Source: Tubiluchus corallicola
Lineage: Eukaryota; Animalia; Priapulida
DNA: 64,000 nt
Reading direction: 5' to 3'
Assembly: GCA_030141605.1 (NCBI GenBank)
Contig: JAQGDQ010000103.1
Coordinates: 496,001 to 560,000, forward strand
The translations under genes were made by a program, and so were the position numbers. The notes beneath the pieces were generated by a model, which was given only the letters and a program-made list of their open reading frames with translations, searched no databases and had not been told where the DNA came from. This document shows positions 39,401 through 53,159 of the stretch, in pieces. Each line of letters begins with the position of its first letter. Position 1 is the stretch's first letter.

Positions 39401-41889
39401 CCTCGAAGAGTAGCTTGCAATGGCTGATTCGTTTCCAAGTTTTCTCTCTCTACAGGAGCTATACCAGCATACTGGACTCTACCAAACAATGACGGGTCTC
39501 TTCCCAATACATATGGACTTCCACCTTCTGATTGGTATACTGGAGCATTGGCCTGTGCGTTCTGGATTTGTGTCCCTACATTTGGAAAATATCCAACATT
39601 TCCTACATTGGCTACTTGTTTCTGTTCACTCACTGGTATGTTAGTATTGGGGTGTGCATTTAACTGAGTTAAATCAACTATAGCTTGATCATCCTGAACT
39701 TCTGTTCCTACATTTGTATAGTAACCAATATTGCCTATGTTTACTTTTGATTGCTTTTCACTGACTGGCACATTGACATTTGGGTTTGCACTAAATGGTA
39801 CCTTTTGCCCGACATCCTTTTTTACTGTTGATTGACTGTTTCCAAAATCTTGACCTTGAATATTCACATTGGTATGGTAATCTGCATTTTTAACACCTGT
39901 TTCTTCAGTTTTGTGAGAAACAGGAACATTGATGTTTGGATTTGCACTAAATGGCACATTTTGATCAACTGATTTGGCACCAAGCAAGTCGCTTTTGGCT
40001 TCTTGTACCACAGCACCTACATTAGGATAATATCCAACATTCCCAACATTTGTTTTTTCCTTTTGTTCTTTCACTGGGACATTAATATTTGGATTGGCAC
40101 TAAAAGGGTCCTGTTGGTTATTGTTTTGTACTAAAAGGCTGCCCTTAGAATCTTGAAGGTCAACACCAGTCTTAGAATAATAGCCAATTTTGCCAGTGTT
40201 TGCTTGTTTTCTTTCATCGACTATGGGAATTTCGATATTTGGGTTTGAATTGAATTCTTCATTTTGAAGCTTTGGTTGTTTATCTTGAGTTTCTGTTACT
40301 TTAGCACCAACATTTGGATAATAACCCACGTTACCAACGCTTGCTTGCCTCCTGGGTTGAGTTACTGATACTCTTAAATTAGGATTTGCACTAAATGGAG
40401 AGCTTTGTTGGTTGGTGTTCTCTTCTTCTTGGTTGTCTTGTTTTGCTGGCTGATTTACATTCTGTGAATCAGAATAAAATGGCGCATTAGTTGGCAATGG
40501 TTTTCCGTATGTGTCTTGTTCTTTGTTGTAAGTGTATTTCAATTCATGCAAGTTTTGATCAGGTAGAGCGTGAAGACCAGTGTTGCCGTATTCTGTTATA
40601 GGACGTGTTTCGCTTTTATTGTCTGGTGTCTTTTCTTTAACATAAAAGGGTATACCTGGATATCGCGTGTCTGCAGGAGTCACAAAGATGCCTTGATTAT
40701 TAATTACTCTGTTGGGATTATAGGGATTAAAATGTCTTGATTCAACTGCTGCTTGTTGAGCTGACGTCTGGTCCAAGATGGTTGATACAGTGGGTAAAAA
40801 AGTTGTAGTAGGCTGAGTAGATCTGAAAGTAGTGTGCAGGTTTTGTCTGTCGTTGGCTACCTGCCCTACATTAATTGGTACTTCGAATGCATTTCCTGAC
40901 ACTCTTGTAAATTGTTGGCCTGGTGCATCTTGACTTTGTTTCACATCAATTGGCACTGAATATGCATTCCCCAATGTGCCTGTCAATTCCTGATTGGCAG
41001 CATTCTCCTTATCAGCTGTGTCAATGGATATTGCATGTTTCTCAGCTAGTCCTAGATCAAATGATTGTTGACCGTCTGCCACATCAATTGGCACTGCATA
41101 TGCATTTCCAGCTACTCTTGAAAACTGTGAATTAGGCAAATCTTGAGTATGCACCACATCAATTGGTACTGCATCAGCTTTCCCGGTTACTCCTGTAAAT
41201 TTTTGCTTTGATGTGTCCGCATTCTGATTATTTTGTCCAGCTGAATAGGATGTACTCACAGTTTGTGGCTTTCCGACAAATTGATTCTGTCGAAGACTTT
41301 CTAATGATGAACCAGGACGCACACGAGGTCCTCTTGAAGTTCGTGGTTCATCTGTGTCAGGAATGGTCAGTCCGGCAAAGCTCAATCTTTGGCCTGGTCT
41401 GTTCTGCACATGAATTGATTGTTTTGTGTCAACACCTAGTAATTGTCGTGGTCCATCACTTTCTCCAGGTAATGTATCCCCACCAAAACGTGCTCCGCTA
41501 AAATACGATGGTATGATTGTATCATCGTGGCTTGTACTTAAAAAGCTGTCCTGTGAGAATGCATCACCAAATCGATTTCTTACGTTTTCTGGTACTGTGT
41601 CATCTCTATTCACATTCAAATCCAAATCGCCCATGTGAACCGGTTCAGATTGATTTATAAGAACTGCGTGTCCTTTGACTACGCCACGTGGCCATTGTGG
41701 CTTAGCAGTTGTGGTGGTTGTCTCACCGACAAGAATGTCTTTTCCATATTTCACAGGCACACTTTTGTCTGGCTGAAGAATTTCCACTGACTCCTCACCA
41801 GAGTTGATGAGTCCAACTGTTTCAGATCTATGTGGCGTTGGAGAAGGCGTTTCTGGCTCTGCTGCCATAATCCCCATATTTGCCATAAT
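36405..41889 (-). CDS. ZP-domain protein, giant 5485-bp exon encoding a repetitive extracellular region
   Basis: Uninterrupted ORF; acceptor attcag at 41890 and donor AAG|gtgggt at 36404; phase 1 joins the ZP-N exon in frame; the signal-peptide exon was not found. Confidence 0.88.
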
Positions 41890-42173
41890 CTGAATCAATG
41901 TAAAACGTTAAGTGGCATTCTGAGGTAAACGGAGCAAGGAATAAACTGTCATTAAGGATAGCTCACTACTGACATTTTATTGCGATACTCTAATTTTGAA
42001 CACTTGTAATAGTTAACATATGAAGACAAAAACTTGCGAAATTCTGTGCAACACTATAATAAGCAAAGGAATTATATCACCTTTTCAAAGTCGCGTTTGC
42101 TGATTTTGTTGATAGCTAATGGAGATAACATTTAGCACACCACAGTGTAAATAGTTTTGATGAAGGCGTGCCT

Positions 42174-42828
42174 TGTGACTGCCTACTATAACATTTTTCA
42201 CATTTTTCCCTACTAGATGGCACTAGCTGCCTACCAGGCTGCATACCTTGTGATACCTGTTAAAAGTCAGTCACAAGAGTTTGTCCCAGGCAATGGTAGT
42301 GGACAAGTAAAATGTTGTTCTTTAGGCCTGATTATGGCTGCACTAACCATGTTTTGTTTAAGATGGTCTATTGAAGCTTGTGGATGATCCCCAGGTGTCA
42401 TACTTTGAACTTTGGTTGCAAAACAATTACCACTCAACACGACAGTTGGTCACCTTACAGGAAGTTTATGATCCTTTTCTTAGTGAGGCATTTTACCGAG
42501 ATTTAAGTGATGGAAGTTGTACTACTGAAGCATAGTAACTCGGTTTTCCTAGGAACCTCTACAGCGTGCAGACCCTCTACTCGAGCCGTCTTCAACAGTG
42601 TTTGAAGGACAGTGCTACGCTACGTTACAGTGTGGGCATAGCTTTGTTTGGACTTGATCAGTGTAGCCGTAGAGAGGCCCAAGGAATAACATTTTACTTG
42701 TTCACTACCGTTACGTGTGACAAACTCTAGTGACTTATTTTTAACAAGTGTCACCAGGTATGCAGCCTGGTAGGCAGTTAGTGCCACCCAGTAAGAAAAA
42801 TGTGAAAAATGTTATAGCAGACTGTCTC
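42174..42828. mobile_element. MITE-like element with ~113-bp terminal inverted repeats
   Basis: 42174-42287 is the reverse complement of 42719-42828 with scattered mismatches (ctataacatttttcacattttt; gcctaccaggctgcatacc). Confidence 0.85.
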
Positions 42829-45290
42829 ATACCTGGCGAACGCAACGCAATAGAAAAGGGAACAGTAAACTTACAAAAGTTAGTAAATATATGTAAGCCG
42901 TTTCCCATTTCATGGTGAAGTATCTTCAGCTTTGCAGCCAGAATGGACCACGTCAACTAATTAGTTTTATTGTTTCCTGGAACAAAACAAAAAACAAAAG
43001 TCAGTTATGTTAGTCAACAAAAACACTTAAGTGATGTAACAAACTTTTAAACAAAATGGTATCAAACTTTTGCACATTTACGCAATGTCTATAGTTTAGC
43101 GTATGACGCTTGGACTGTTGGCCAAATCTTTGGTTCAAGAAACAGCACACATTCTTTGTTCTTTGGACCAAAATCTGACATACTAACAAGGAAATTTTCC
43201 TCAATTGTATGATAGAATCAGCGAATTAAAAAAATCCCACACAATAAAATTAAAAAGATACGACATTTCAGTTCAATACCGTGTGCTACCTTTAGATGGA
43301 AGGAAAAATGAAGAGGACACAAACATCGTCTGTCGCACTTCTGTATTAAGAATAATCTACTCTATCAGATGTTGCATTACCAGTGGTGTCTTATTCCGTT
43401 AAAATAAGCCTCTTTCACATGAAGGCTATACGAAACAGCTCAAAAACACTTTCCCTGGCAGTTACTTGTCCATCTGCTTACTAGGTTCATTATCGCTTAA
43501 CTTCAGTCGCTATAATTGCACCATGCCAATAATACCACTCAGCTAATTATAATTATCCATTAAGTCTGGTTGAAGTGAAATTCGCCCTTTAATAAGTTGG
43601 TGTTAGGCTCATTTTTTCAACAGTCTCGTCTGTGTAAAACATTTAACATGAACCCTAAATTCAAATCAAAACGTTACAGTTGTGAGTTTTGAAATAGTTC
43701 TCTTTGCATTATCTTTTGTCTGTCTATGCTCCGGGACAATGGGTCAACAAATTTCTGCCCTTGGAGAATTTCCCAGAACGCTTGTGTTGGAGTTGGCTAA
43801 AAAGGTAAATTTAGGAGCAGGTGGTACCAAGTCACTGTGATGCGCTCTGTTTTGTCTATGTAAACAATAATAATTAGACACTGTTATATTGTACCAGTAT
43901 TAACCAGTAACCATTTCCAACAAACACCTACTTTTCAGCAGTCCTTTGTCGCAATTGTTGGTTTTAACGCGAACCTTCACATTTATTCTTGTAAAGAGAT
44001 TCTTTTACTGTAATTTGTAACTGTTTTAGATAAAATTACTATCATAGAAACATAAAGAATACACACGCAGGATTGTGCAGTGCAATGCCTCCAAATTTAG
44101 ATAATAATATTAATCTCATGATTTAATAACAATGTGATTTTTATTTATAATTCTAGTAAATCTTTATTCCCTACGTAGTAAGCCGATAATAACCACCCAA
44201 TTTAACTTTCGTGCAATTGCTCAGATAATGTTAAATTGCTACAGATTATTATAACTTACTGAACAGCCTACATCTGAGGGTACTTGGTCAATAGATGTAC
44301 AGCCATTTAAGCAAACAGAAAAAACCCAGTTAAACAAACTTAAACTGAATTTAACTTTTTGGTGTGTTGCAAGTACAGCACTGAGCATCACGAGCAATGC
44401 TTAATTTTGAATTCAGCACGTATTTGCGGCTGAGTTAACTAAGACATAAACAGGTGCCAGCAACTAGGCCACTGACCGCGCGAAAGACTAGGAAGTGTGT
44501 GGTACCGCTTTAGGTGTTCAGATCGCGTTGATAAATGACTTGTTAGCCGAGTCCACCATGCCGAATTTTGGAGGTTCCGTAACACTTTGCACATTTTAAG
44601 AAACACTGTTGTTATTAAGCCAGCTATGTTTAGCAAATTTTAAAAGCTCACGCGGAGACTGCTAACGTGGCACTTGCTAAAATTGGGAATTTAGAAAGAC
44701 AGTCTACAACACAAGTTTAGTGAGCCGAATGTACAACTGGCTATTATTATAGCAGACTTATAGTAACTGACTTGTTTCTTCGACAAAATTTCAAAATCTC
44801 GTCTCACAAACTGTGCGTTAATTTATCTTCCATTAGCCAAACTTTTTCATATTCAAAGGTTTTTACAAAACGGAAGGAAATGTAGTTACATGGCAGGGCA
44901 TCACCTACATTCTGCGGCCTCAAAACGCCTCATTTTCTCTCTAATTTCTACTCCTTTTTTCTGTGGCTATAAAAAACTTATAGCAAGCTTGTCCAAGTTT
45001 TTTTTTATTTGTTGACGTTAGTACTCTCATTAGTCAAGTGAAACTTGGAATGCCGTTTTCATCAATAGCTATCAATAGAAAGTGTCTACATGAAAGTCCC
45101 CAAGGAGCGTTTACAGATTAACCTGTAAGAATGCCTAGAACATTTAATAAACATATTAATATAAAGTAAATAAATTTTAATATGACTTGTGATGCAATTT
45201 TTAAGGATTTTATTGTTTGTACTGATTATATTTAGTATATTCTGCCTTCTTGATTCGTGAAGCAATGCATGATATTTTTCCCATACAAAT

Positions 45291-45291
<1 letters not shown>

Positions 45292-45322
<31 letters not shown>

Positions 45323-45548
45323 TTCGCTTAGGACATGGTCCAGGAATAACACCTTAAGTAACTCAGTACTTACTTCCGAGATGGTCTCGATTATTATTAC
45401 CTTGTTACTTTGATAAACCCGCGTACTTGGTTGCAGAACCAACGGTTCTATTTTTTAAGTTTCATTGGTATGACACGGTCGGAGGTTGAACTCGCGACTT
45501 CCTTGGTGATGGGAAAAGAACAAGCTACGATTGAGCTATATCACCCGG
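45292..45548 (-). mobile_element. tRNA-derived SINE (Meta/MESC-like) with (ATT)n tail
   Basis: Reverse strand A-box TAGCTCAATCG, B-box GAGTTCAACCT, then GTCATACCAATGAAACTTAAAAAATAG as recalled for Meta-domain SINEs; ends in (ATT)n. Confidence 0.6.
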
Positions 45549-45721
45549 TAATAAATCACCGACAGCTTTGAAGGCTCGAAATTATAGTTAGAAAGTGAGG
45601 ATGCGAAATACAGAAGTTGTTGTTAACAAAGAGACACACTGATGAAGAATTCAATGAATAAGAGATCAAAAGAAGACTAGGTATTTGCATGTCCTTATTC
45701 AGAAGCAAGACGATGACTTAC

Positions 45722-45909
45722 TTATGGCGCGTTCGGACGTAGAGACTTCTCTCGCAACTTGTTGCGCAACTTCTCACTGAGAGAAGTTGCCAAGCCATTC
45801 ACACGTTGCAACAAGTTGCGAGAGAAGTTGCTAAACCGTTCACACATGTTGCAACTTTACTCTCAGAGAGAAGTGCCGGGAGAAGTCTCTACGTCTGAAG
45901 GCGCCATAA
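45722..45909. mobile_element. PIF/Harbinger-like (Tourist) MITE
   Basis: 33-bp inverted ends ttatggcgcgttcggacgtagagacttctctcg / cgggagaagtctctacgtctgaaggcgccataa (3 mismatches), TTA/TAA ends. Confidence 0.8.
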
Positions 45910-46552
45910 GAGCATGGCGAGCAAAAAACTCAGAAACAAAACAAATGGACAATACGATTTTAGAATTTATAACGTGATTACAGTATTCCATGCATGGTCA
46001 AATGGTGAAAAAGCTTCTGGACTTACATATTTTCGAGCACGAAACAGTTTTTTGCTAAATTTATTTATTTCGTTGTCAATAAAATATTCCCTCTCTGTTC
46101 TCTTCGAGCTAACCCCCTCTACCGTATTTTGATTCTTTGCAATGCTAAGTATGGCATATTATAACTTCATTAACGGGGCACGTATTCTGATTCTGCATTC
46201 TTCGACGACCATGTCCCAAGGCTGTGTTGTATAAGTATAGTAGGCTTCCGGGGTCAAGTCTCATGTTTTAGCGATATGTTACAATAAAAATTTAACGGTA
46301 AGTGACGACGCCATTACCCAGGGGGCATGTCACACTCGCATACCGGTGAAGAAAGTGCGAGGCAACATTTGTGCTTAATGACATGGCGCTACAACGATGA
46401 CTTTCCTTTTAATTTCCCTCTTATATTTCTGACCCAAGGCAGCCAAATACAGTAACCCGAAATTAGCAAGTTGGTAAATTTCGATAATTAAATTACACGA
46501 GAAACTGATTGGTGATGGGGAAAACGAATTCTTAAAATTGAAAATTAAAATT

Positions 46553-46898
46553 GCAAAGGCGTGGCTTTTATTCAGACACAAACATCTGTAATATTTCGAC
46601 CAGTTAAGGTCATGTTCACGCAACAATCCACCTAAATAAAAATGCAGTGTAAAAAATAAAAAAAAATCAACATTGTGAGAAGGAACAAGACGAATACTAC
46701 ATTGCAAACTTGCAGAACGTGCGGTACCATTGTAAACTTACAGATCGTGTGATATTTTTTCTGTCATTTGGCTTTGTATTACACGATCTGAAAGTTTACA
46801 ATTTACTATTCGTCTTGTTTGCTTCTCACAATGTTGATTTTTCTATTTTTAGGCTGAATTTTTTTAGGCGGATTGTCTGAATAAAGCCATGTCTTTGC
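46553..46898. repeat. imperfect foldback (long inverted repeat)
   Basis: Paired segments gcaaaggcgtggc..attcagaca / tgtctgaataaagccatgtctttgc; aatcaacattgtgagaag / cttctcacaatgttgatt; attgtaaactt.cagatcgtgt / acacgatctg.aagtttacaat. Confidence 0.8.
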
Positions 46899-47430
46899 TA
46901 AAAGCAAAACCGGACCCAATCTTAAACTTAGGTCAAAACAATCTACTCTTTAAAATATTGAAAGGAAACATACTATTTTTTCAAAAATGATTTACGTGAA
47001 AGAATTATTACCACACCAAAACAATTTCATGTTCGCGCCACTAGCTCTTCATTCTTCATTGTTACATGCATTTCGCCATTCGCAAGTTAGACGGGCTAGA
47101 CGGAAACGCGTTGCACAAAAAACAGGCGCTGTACCTCTCAGTTCAGATGTGTTAGTTTGTGATGAACTACACGCGTTCGACAGCGGTAAATTTGAAATTT
47201 GAATAGTTATCTTAAAACTTGCCTAGTTTTAGTGCAATACACTGTACATCAATTTTCGCTTTCGCAAAAACGTGGAACACGCACGTGGAATATTTTTGAT
47301 GTTGCAAATTATGTTAGTTTGTGATGTCATCAATAGTTTGGCTCGCCCGCCGTTAATTAATTTTTAATCTATTATTTACTTATCAGAAACGCTTTTGCAG
47401 TAGTAATTGTGTTAAAATGTATACTTTTTA
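46899..47430 (+). mobile_element. dispersed repeat family A, copy 3 (Kolobok-like)
   Basis: Colinear with 19880-20415. Confidence 0.75.
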
Positions 47431-48201
47431 TCGGATTTGAAAATGGGATAGTATATGAAAAACCATCTTGCCTTCCTTTATATGGCTGCTGGCTGTTATT
47501 TTAAATTACACGGTTTCATTAAGTTTTACTTTTTCAACGAATAGTTACTCGACAATACTCAGATCGATTACATAATTTAATTGCACAATTATCTGTGGTG
47601 TATTACAAGCATTATTACCTACGTGGTTGTCGTTAATTGCATATATTTGCTTAGTGCTTATGTCTAAAGTACGCTATGCAACTATTAGTGATGTAGTACT
47701 TTTTATGAAACAAGTGTGTGCTTACATAAACGCAGACGAAAAAAAGCACTCTTTATGAATACATTGTCAGTGTTATTGAGTAATTGAGTAACTCAACAGT
47801 GATCTACAGCCACTAGTACTTATAGTAACTATATATGTAATTGATTTCTCAGTTTGTTGGCATTCACTTATGATTGTTTTGTTTCTTATTATTTATTTTG
47901 TTTGTTTATGTCCTTAGATCTAAACACCTACAATACCCTAACAACGCGTGCTGGGGGCGTAGGTCTGCTGTATGTGTGATTTCCAATTTCCGTTCCTAAA
48001 ACGCTAAATATTCCGTAGAAATTTTCAAGGGATGATTTGATGGATCTGACAAAGAATTGTTACTTTTTGTTGTCTTGGTACGTTACTAACAGTGGGCAAA
48101 TTAAACTTCTTCCCATCAGAATTCCATCTGTTCTCACCCATCCATCTTTGGAACCCATCTTTTTTGTTCCAATGAACAGCTCTGCCTGTTTATAAAGTAC
48201 A

Positions 48202-48733
48202 TACAAGGGTCTCGTAAGTCACTATGCACTTTGATTTCTAATTCTATTTTTAAATTTTTCTCCAGTTTCGACAACCTCTTACTGTCTTATATGAATTAAG
48301 CGGGGTCTTTGTAATTTTTTGAAATTTATTTTCGACTGGAACCACGTTGCTATGGTGACGAGAAGGACATTGGAATTAAAGTGCAAAATCGGCATGGCAT
48401 GAAGTCCTTCAATCACCAACTGACGGTCTGAGGAAATTCAAAGCTCCATATGAACCACACTATTCTCTCACAATTAGCAACAAGCTTTTCGACAAGATGC
48501 AGCCCATCCTCACCACTCACGGTCTGCGAGAGAGTTTTTCAATGCAAGATACCCGACTTGCCATTGGTCTAGCAAAGACTACTGTTATATAGTAGATCTT
48601 TTCAGATTTTCGTCTAACTTGATTAAAAGAATTGCCCAAGGTTTTAGTTCATCAATGCGAATTTTCAGGCATCTTGCTTTGTTTGTTGAAATAATATAGA
48701 GATGTAAAGTGTATATTTACGAGGCACCCTGTA
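48202..48733 (+). mobile_element. mariner-type deletion derivative
   Basis: TA-flanked TIRs TACAAGGGTCTCGTAA / TTACGAGGCACCCTGTA; internal FRQDAAHPH and REFFNARYP resemble FQQDGAPPH..REFLN..FP. Confidence 0.7.
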
Positions 48734-49357
48734 TAAAGAAGCGCACTTAGAAACTTAAGTTGCGTTACCTTATTTTTGTCTGAACTATTTTGATCAATAG
48801 TCGGGCACTAAAGATAGCTTTTTCACTTTGAATTTTGAAGGAAACAGTCGTGTGCAAATCTCAAAAAGGAGCAGTATTAGGAAATAATGAACAAAGAGCC
48901 CGAGAATGGAAAGCCAAATTACTGTATAGTGGGTATGAGTACACTTGATTATAGATCACTCTAAATCCGAATACCTGAGCATGAAAACATTACTTAATTC
49001 TGAGTAGCTCTGACTTTACAGTTACAACAATTTAGTCATTGTGGCCACTATAGTGATAGTGATACAAGAACTGATAATTTAAGTTGTGTAACACAACTGA
49101 GTAAAACTGAGAAACTATCACATGGAAAACGTAAGACTGTTGAAGCAGGGGGAATTTAATTACTTAAACATTGTTTTTGTTGCAAGAGAAGAAAGTCAAA
49201 CTGGTTTCCCAAGTTTTCTAAAAATAAAAAAGAACAATCCAAAAATGTTGCCTTCTTGTTGATCCTTAGACCTAATTTCGCCTGAACAGTCAAACCGAAA
49301 CAAATAAATACTAAAGGCTGATTCACACATTCGAGCAGGTTCACGCAGCTACAACTG

Positions 49358-49866
49358 TCTAAAGGAAAACAGGAAACAATCTACTCTATACAACGTTGAA
49401 AAGGAACATACCATTTTTTTCAAAAATAACTTACGTGAAAGAATTATGAGCACAGAACGATAATTTCGCCATTCGCTAGTTAGATGGGCACTAGTGCCTG
49501 CATCTCGGAAAATCATTGCACAAAAAAGAGGTGCTATGTCTTTCAAATCAGAGTTGATCAGTTGTGATGAAAGGCACATGTTCAAGAGCTCATTCGTGAG
49601 TATAGCGGTAAATTTTAAATTTGAATTTTTAGCTAAAAATTTTTAATAACACATTGAATGTTTTACAGTAGCACTGCACTTCAATTTTCGCTTTCGCAAA
49701 CACACGCAACACGCTCATGGAATGTTTGAGCTGTTAAAAATTATGTTCAGTTGTGATGTCATCACTAGTTGGGCTCGCTCGCAGTTAATTAAGATTTTAA
49801 CCAATTATTTAACTATCAGAAACATTTTAGCATTATTGTAGGTCTTAAAATGTATACTTTTTTATC
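49358..49866 (+). mobile_element. dispersed repeat family A, copy 4 (Kolobok-like)
   Basis: Colinear with copies 2 and 3, with deletions. Confidence 0.7.
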
Positions 49867-50883
49867 GTACAACACAATGGGGTAGGATATGTATGTCACC
49901 TATGTACTGAATTTAATAAGTGCTACAACTGAGTTTAAACACATTTGCGGCTGCCGTTAAATCCACAGTGCACATGTTTAATAAAAGAGATTTGAGTAAA
50001 TAAATAAATAATTATATAAATAGGAGAACATCTCAAAACAGCCTTTGATCAAAGGCTGTTAATTCTTACCTTAACGAAACTTACAAAATGAAACATAAAC
50101 AACAAACCAAAATTAGTCAAACTAGAGCATAACATAGTGAAAGTAAATTAAGTCCATTTTAACAAGTACACACCAGTTATGTCATCAACAATAATTCACT
50201 CACAGCACCTTTCCTTCACTAAATCATTGTCTCTCCACACACACATGCTCAACTTTCTACGCTCAAGACCCAGTGACGTCACGATGCCACCATAGTCCCA
50301 TGGGAACAGCCCTTAGCGACCTAGCTGTTTCACTTTTATCTACCTGTGAGCGAAATTTCATTCATGCAGGACAAGATAATCCTGAGCACACAAGCTTGCT
50401 TAATTTCGTGCATACTACTTGCAAATGCGAATGACATGCAGAGCGGGTACTCAGAGTGTGGAGTTGAAATCTAGCGTTTGTATGTGAAAGTTTTGTGTCC
50501 TCTGGACATTGTACAATACGCTTTGATGAGTAGATTGAGGAAGTGCATACTTCAAAAGTTATGAGAGATTAATAAAGAGCAGAAAATTTCATTGAACCCG
50601 TCGTAACTGTCATCATGCGAGACGCAATAATGTCAACTAGCATAGAGGAGGTACCTAATGTCACGATGGTCTCAAGAGTGGCCTACTTCTTTGTAACCAT
50701 CAAGCTATTTCTTTTTCATTTCAGATTCTTTAGAAAATTAAGGATGATAAGATGGCAACTAATATAAAGCGAACTTGACGACAGTAAAGATTTGTTTCTA
50801 CTGTTTGGCACTGTACTAGTTAATGTCCGACAGTCAATGGCAGAACCGGAATCCAGTTGATTATTAAAACATTAGTTCAAATA

Positions 50884-51240
<357 letters not shown>

Positions 51241-53159
51241 TTACTCTCATTATCTTTATAATTTGTCTGTCATTATCATTATTATGATTAAAGCATCACT
51301 TATAGCGTGCGACGTTCTAACATTACAGAATGGTCCAAACAATTATGATGATGATAATGATAAAATGAAAAAATAAAAACTAGTAAATTAAAATTCTTTC
51401 AAAATTAACAGTGAGGTCTGTTAATTTGTTAATCTTACAGAGCATATGCCGTAACGTATTGAAAAATTAGAAAGATAAAGTACCTTCAACAGGAATTAAT
51501 TTAAGTTTGCTCAATGCGCGGTGATACGCTGAAGCCTATAGCAACAATTGATGATTGGGTTCCAGCTGATAGATCGAGCAGTTATGACTGGTATTTTGAA
51601 ACACCAGACTTTTGATATTGTTGGCTGGTGTTAGCCGCTTACTGCCTAGGAAGTACCACAAAGAGAACTGGATTGGATTCACCCAGGTAGATACGAGGCC
51701 GAGTCATTCGGCTACTTTATGAATAGAAAGATACTTTAGACACTTGACCATTCATAAGTGGTATACAGTTAACTATTACTTGAAATAAGCACCTATATGT
51801 GACGGCGTAATGGGGTCGGTTCTTAGGGTGAGGAAGTACCCGAGACCTGACTACTAGCCGAGTATGATAAGGACTTATAACTACCGGGGGTTCTCACGGT
51901 GTTACTTCTTTAGTCATCAGGCATCGATTACGTCTTCATACATAAATAGCAAAAGAGTTAAGCTTAGGTTTAACGATATATTTTGACATGACAATTTTAA
52001 CATATTAAGCTAGGTTGTAATGCAATGCAAACGCATAAATTGTACATAACGTATAGCTATCTCATTAATGTTAGTGCTCTAGCTAAATACTCATACCGTG
52101 GCGCCACATAATGGGGGGGGGATAATGTACAGACGTCCGGTTGGTCGGTAGGTTTTTCAACAAGTCCTGGTCACCACAAAGAGCAAAAAAGGAGCTCCTG
52201 ATGACTGGTTTTTGTCGCTCACCACCAGCGTACTCCCACCATTGGTCCTGGGAACTCTAAGCGTCACTAATGGCTGACTTGTATGGGAATCCTCTCAAGC
52301 AACTGCTCTAATAACTGGAAGGCCGACTTCCACCACCACGATGGTCTCACCAGGTGTGGCTATCTACCAGTCCATCAAATACGGCCACTAATTACCATCT
52401 TATAGCGGGTATACCCAGTTCCTCCATAACAACTACACTGCAACTAGTTCTTGCAAATAGCGCTGCATTCATTAGTGTAATTTGGAACAATAAAGGTTGA
52501 AAGGATCAAGCTTCTGTTAATCGTTCTACGTTTGTCCGGGTTAGTTAAAAGGTGAAAGCATTTCAACCACTTTTGACATGTATGTAACTGAGCGTCGCAT
52601 AGCCCAGATTGACTGTCTCTTTCCACACAGGTAACGGCGATCAGAAAATAGGTCAGTGTCAAGCAAGTGCTTCATAGAATGAGTGATTACCACTGTAAAG
52701 GGGGAAGAGTTAGAACAAACTAAATACCTATTTCTATCTATGCTCAAACGAGGTAGCTATAAATAGTAGGTTACTATGAGGTAGTTACGAGCAATAACAG
52801 TAATAACAATTGTGGTGCAAGGGCAAATATAGCTCACAAGTGCTGTTATTGGAGTGAGGCACAATAGACCTATGGGGCCGTCACACTATAGTTATAATTA
52901 TCATCACTGAGGTTCAATTAAATACTACTGTGTTGATAATGCTAGTGATAAGACGCTGTTGAATATTATTTTAATAAGGATTCGAAAAAGATTTACTTGA
53001 CAAAATTGAGGCGAAGAGTGTTCCTCAATTTGTTGTGACGTGTGCTTATTCGCCATATTTAACAAACGTTAATCCTGGTTAGTAAACAGATTGGTGGCCA
53101 CCGAGAAACCTGATTTTGGGTAACGAACTACATTTATATTAAAGCCAGCTAAAGTAGGC

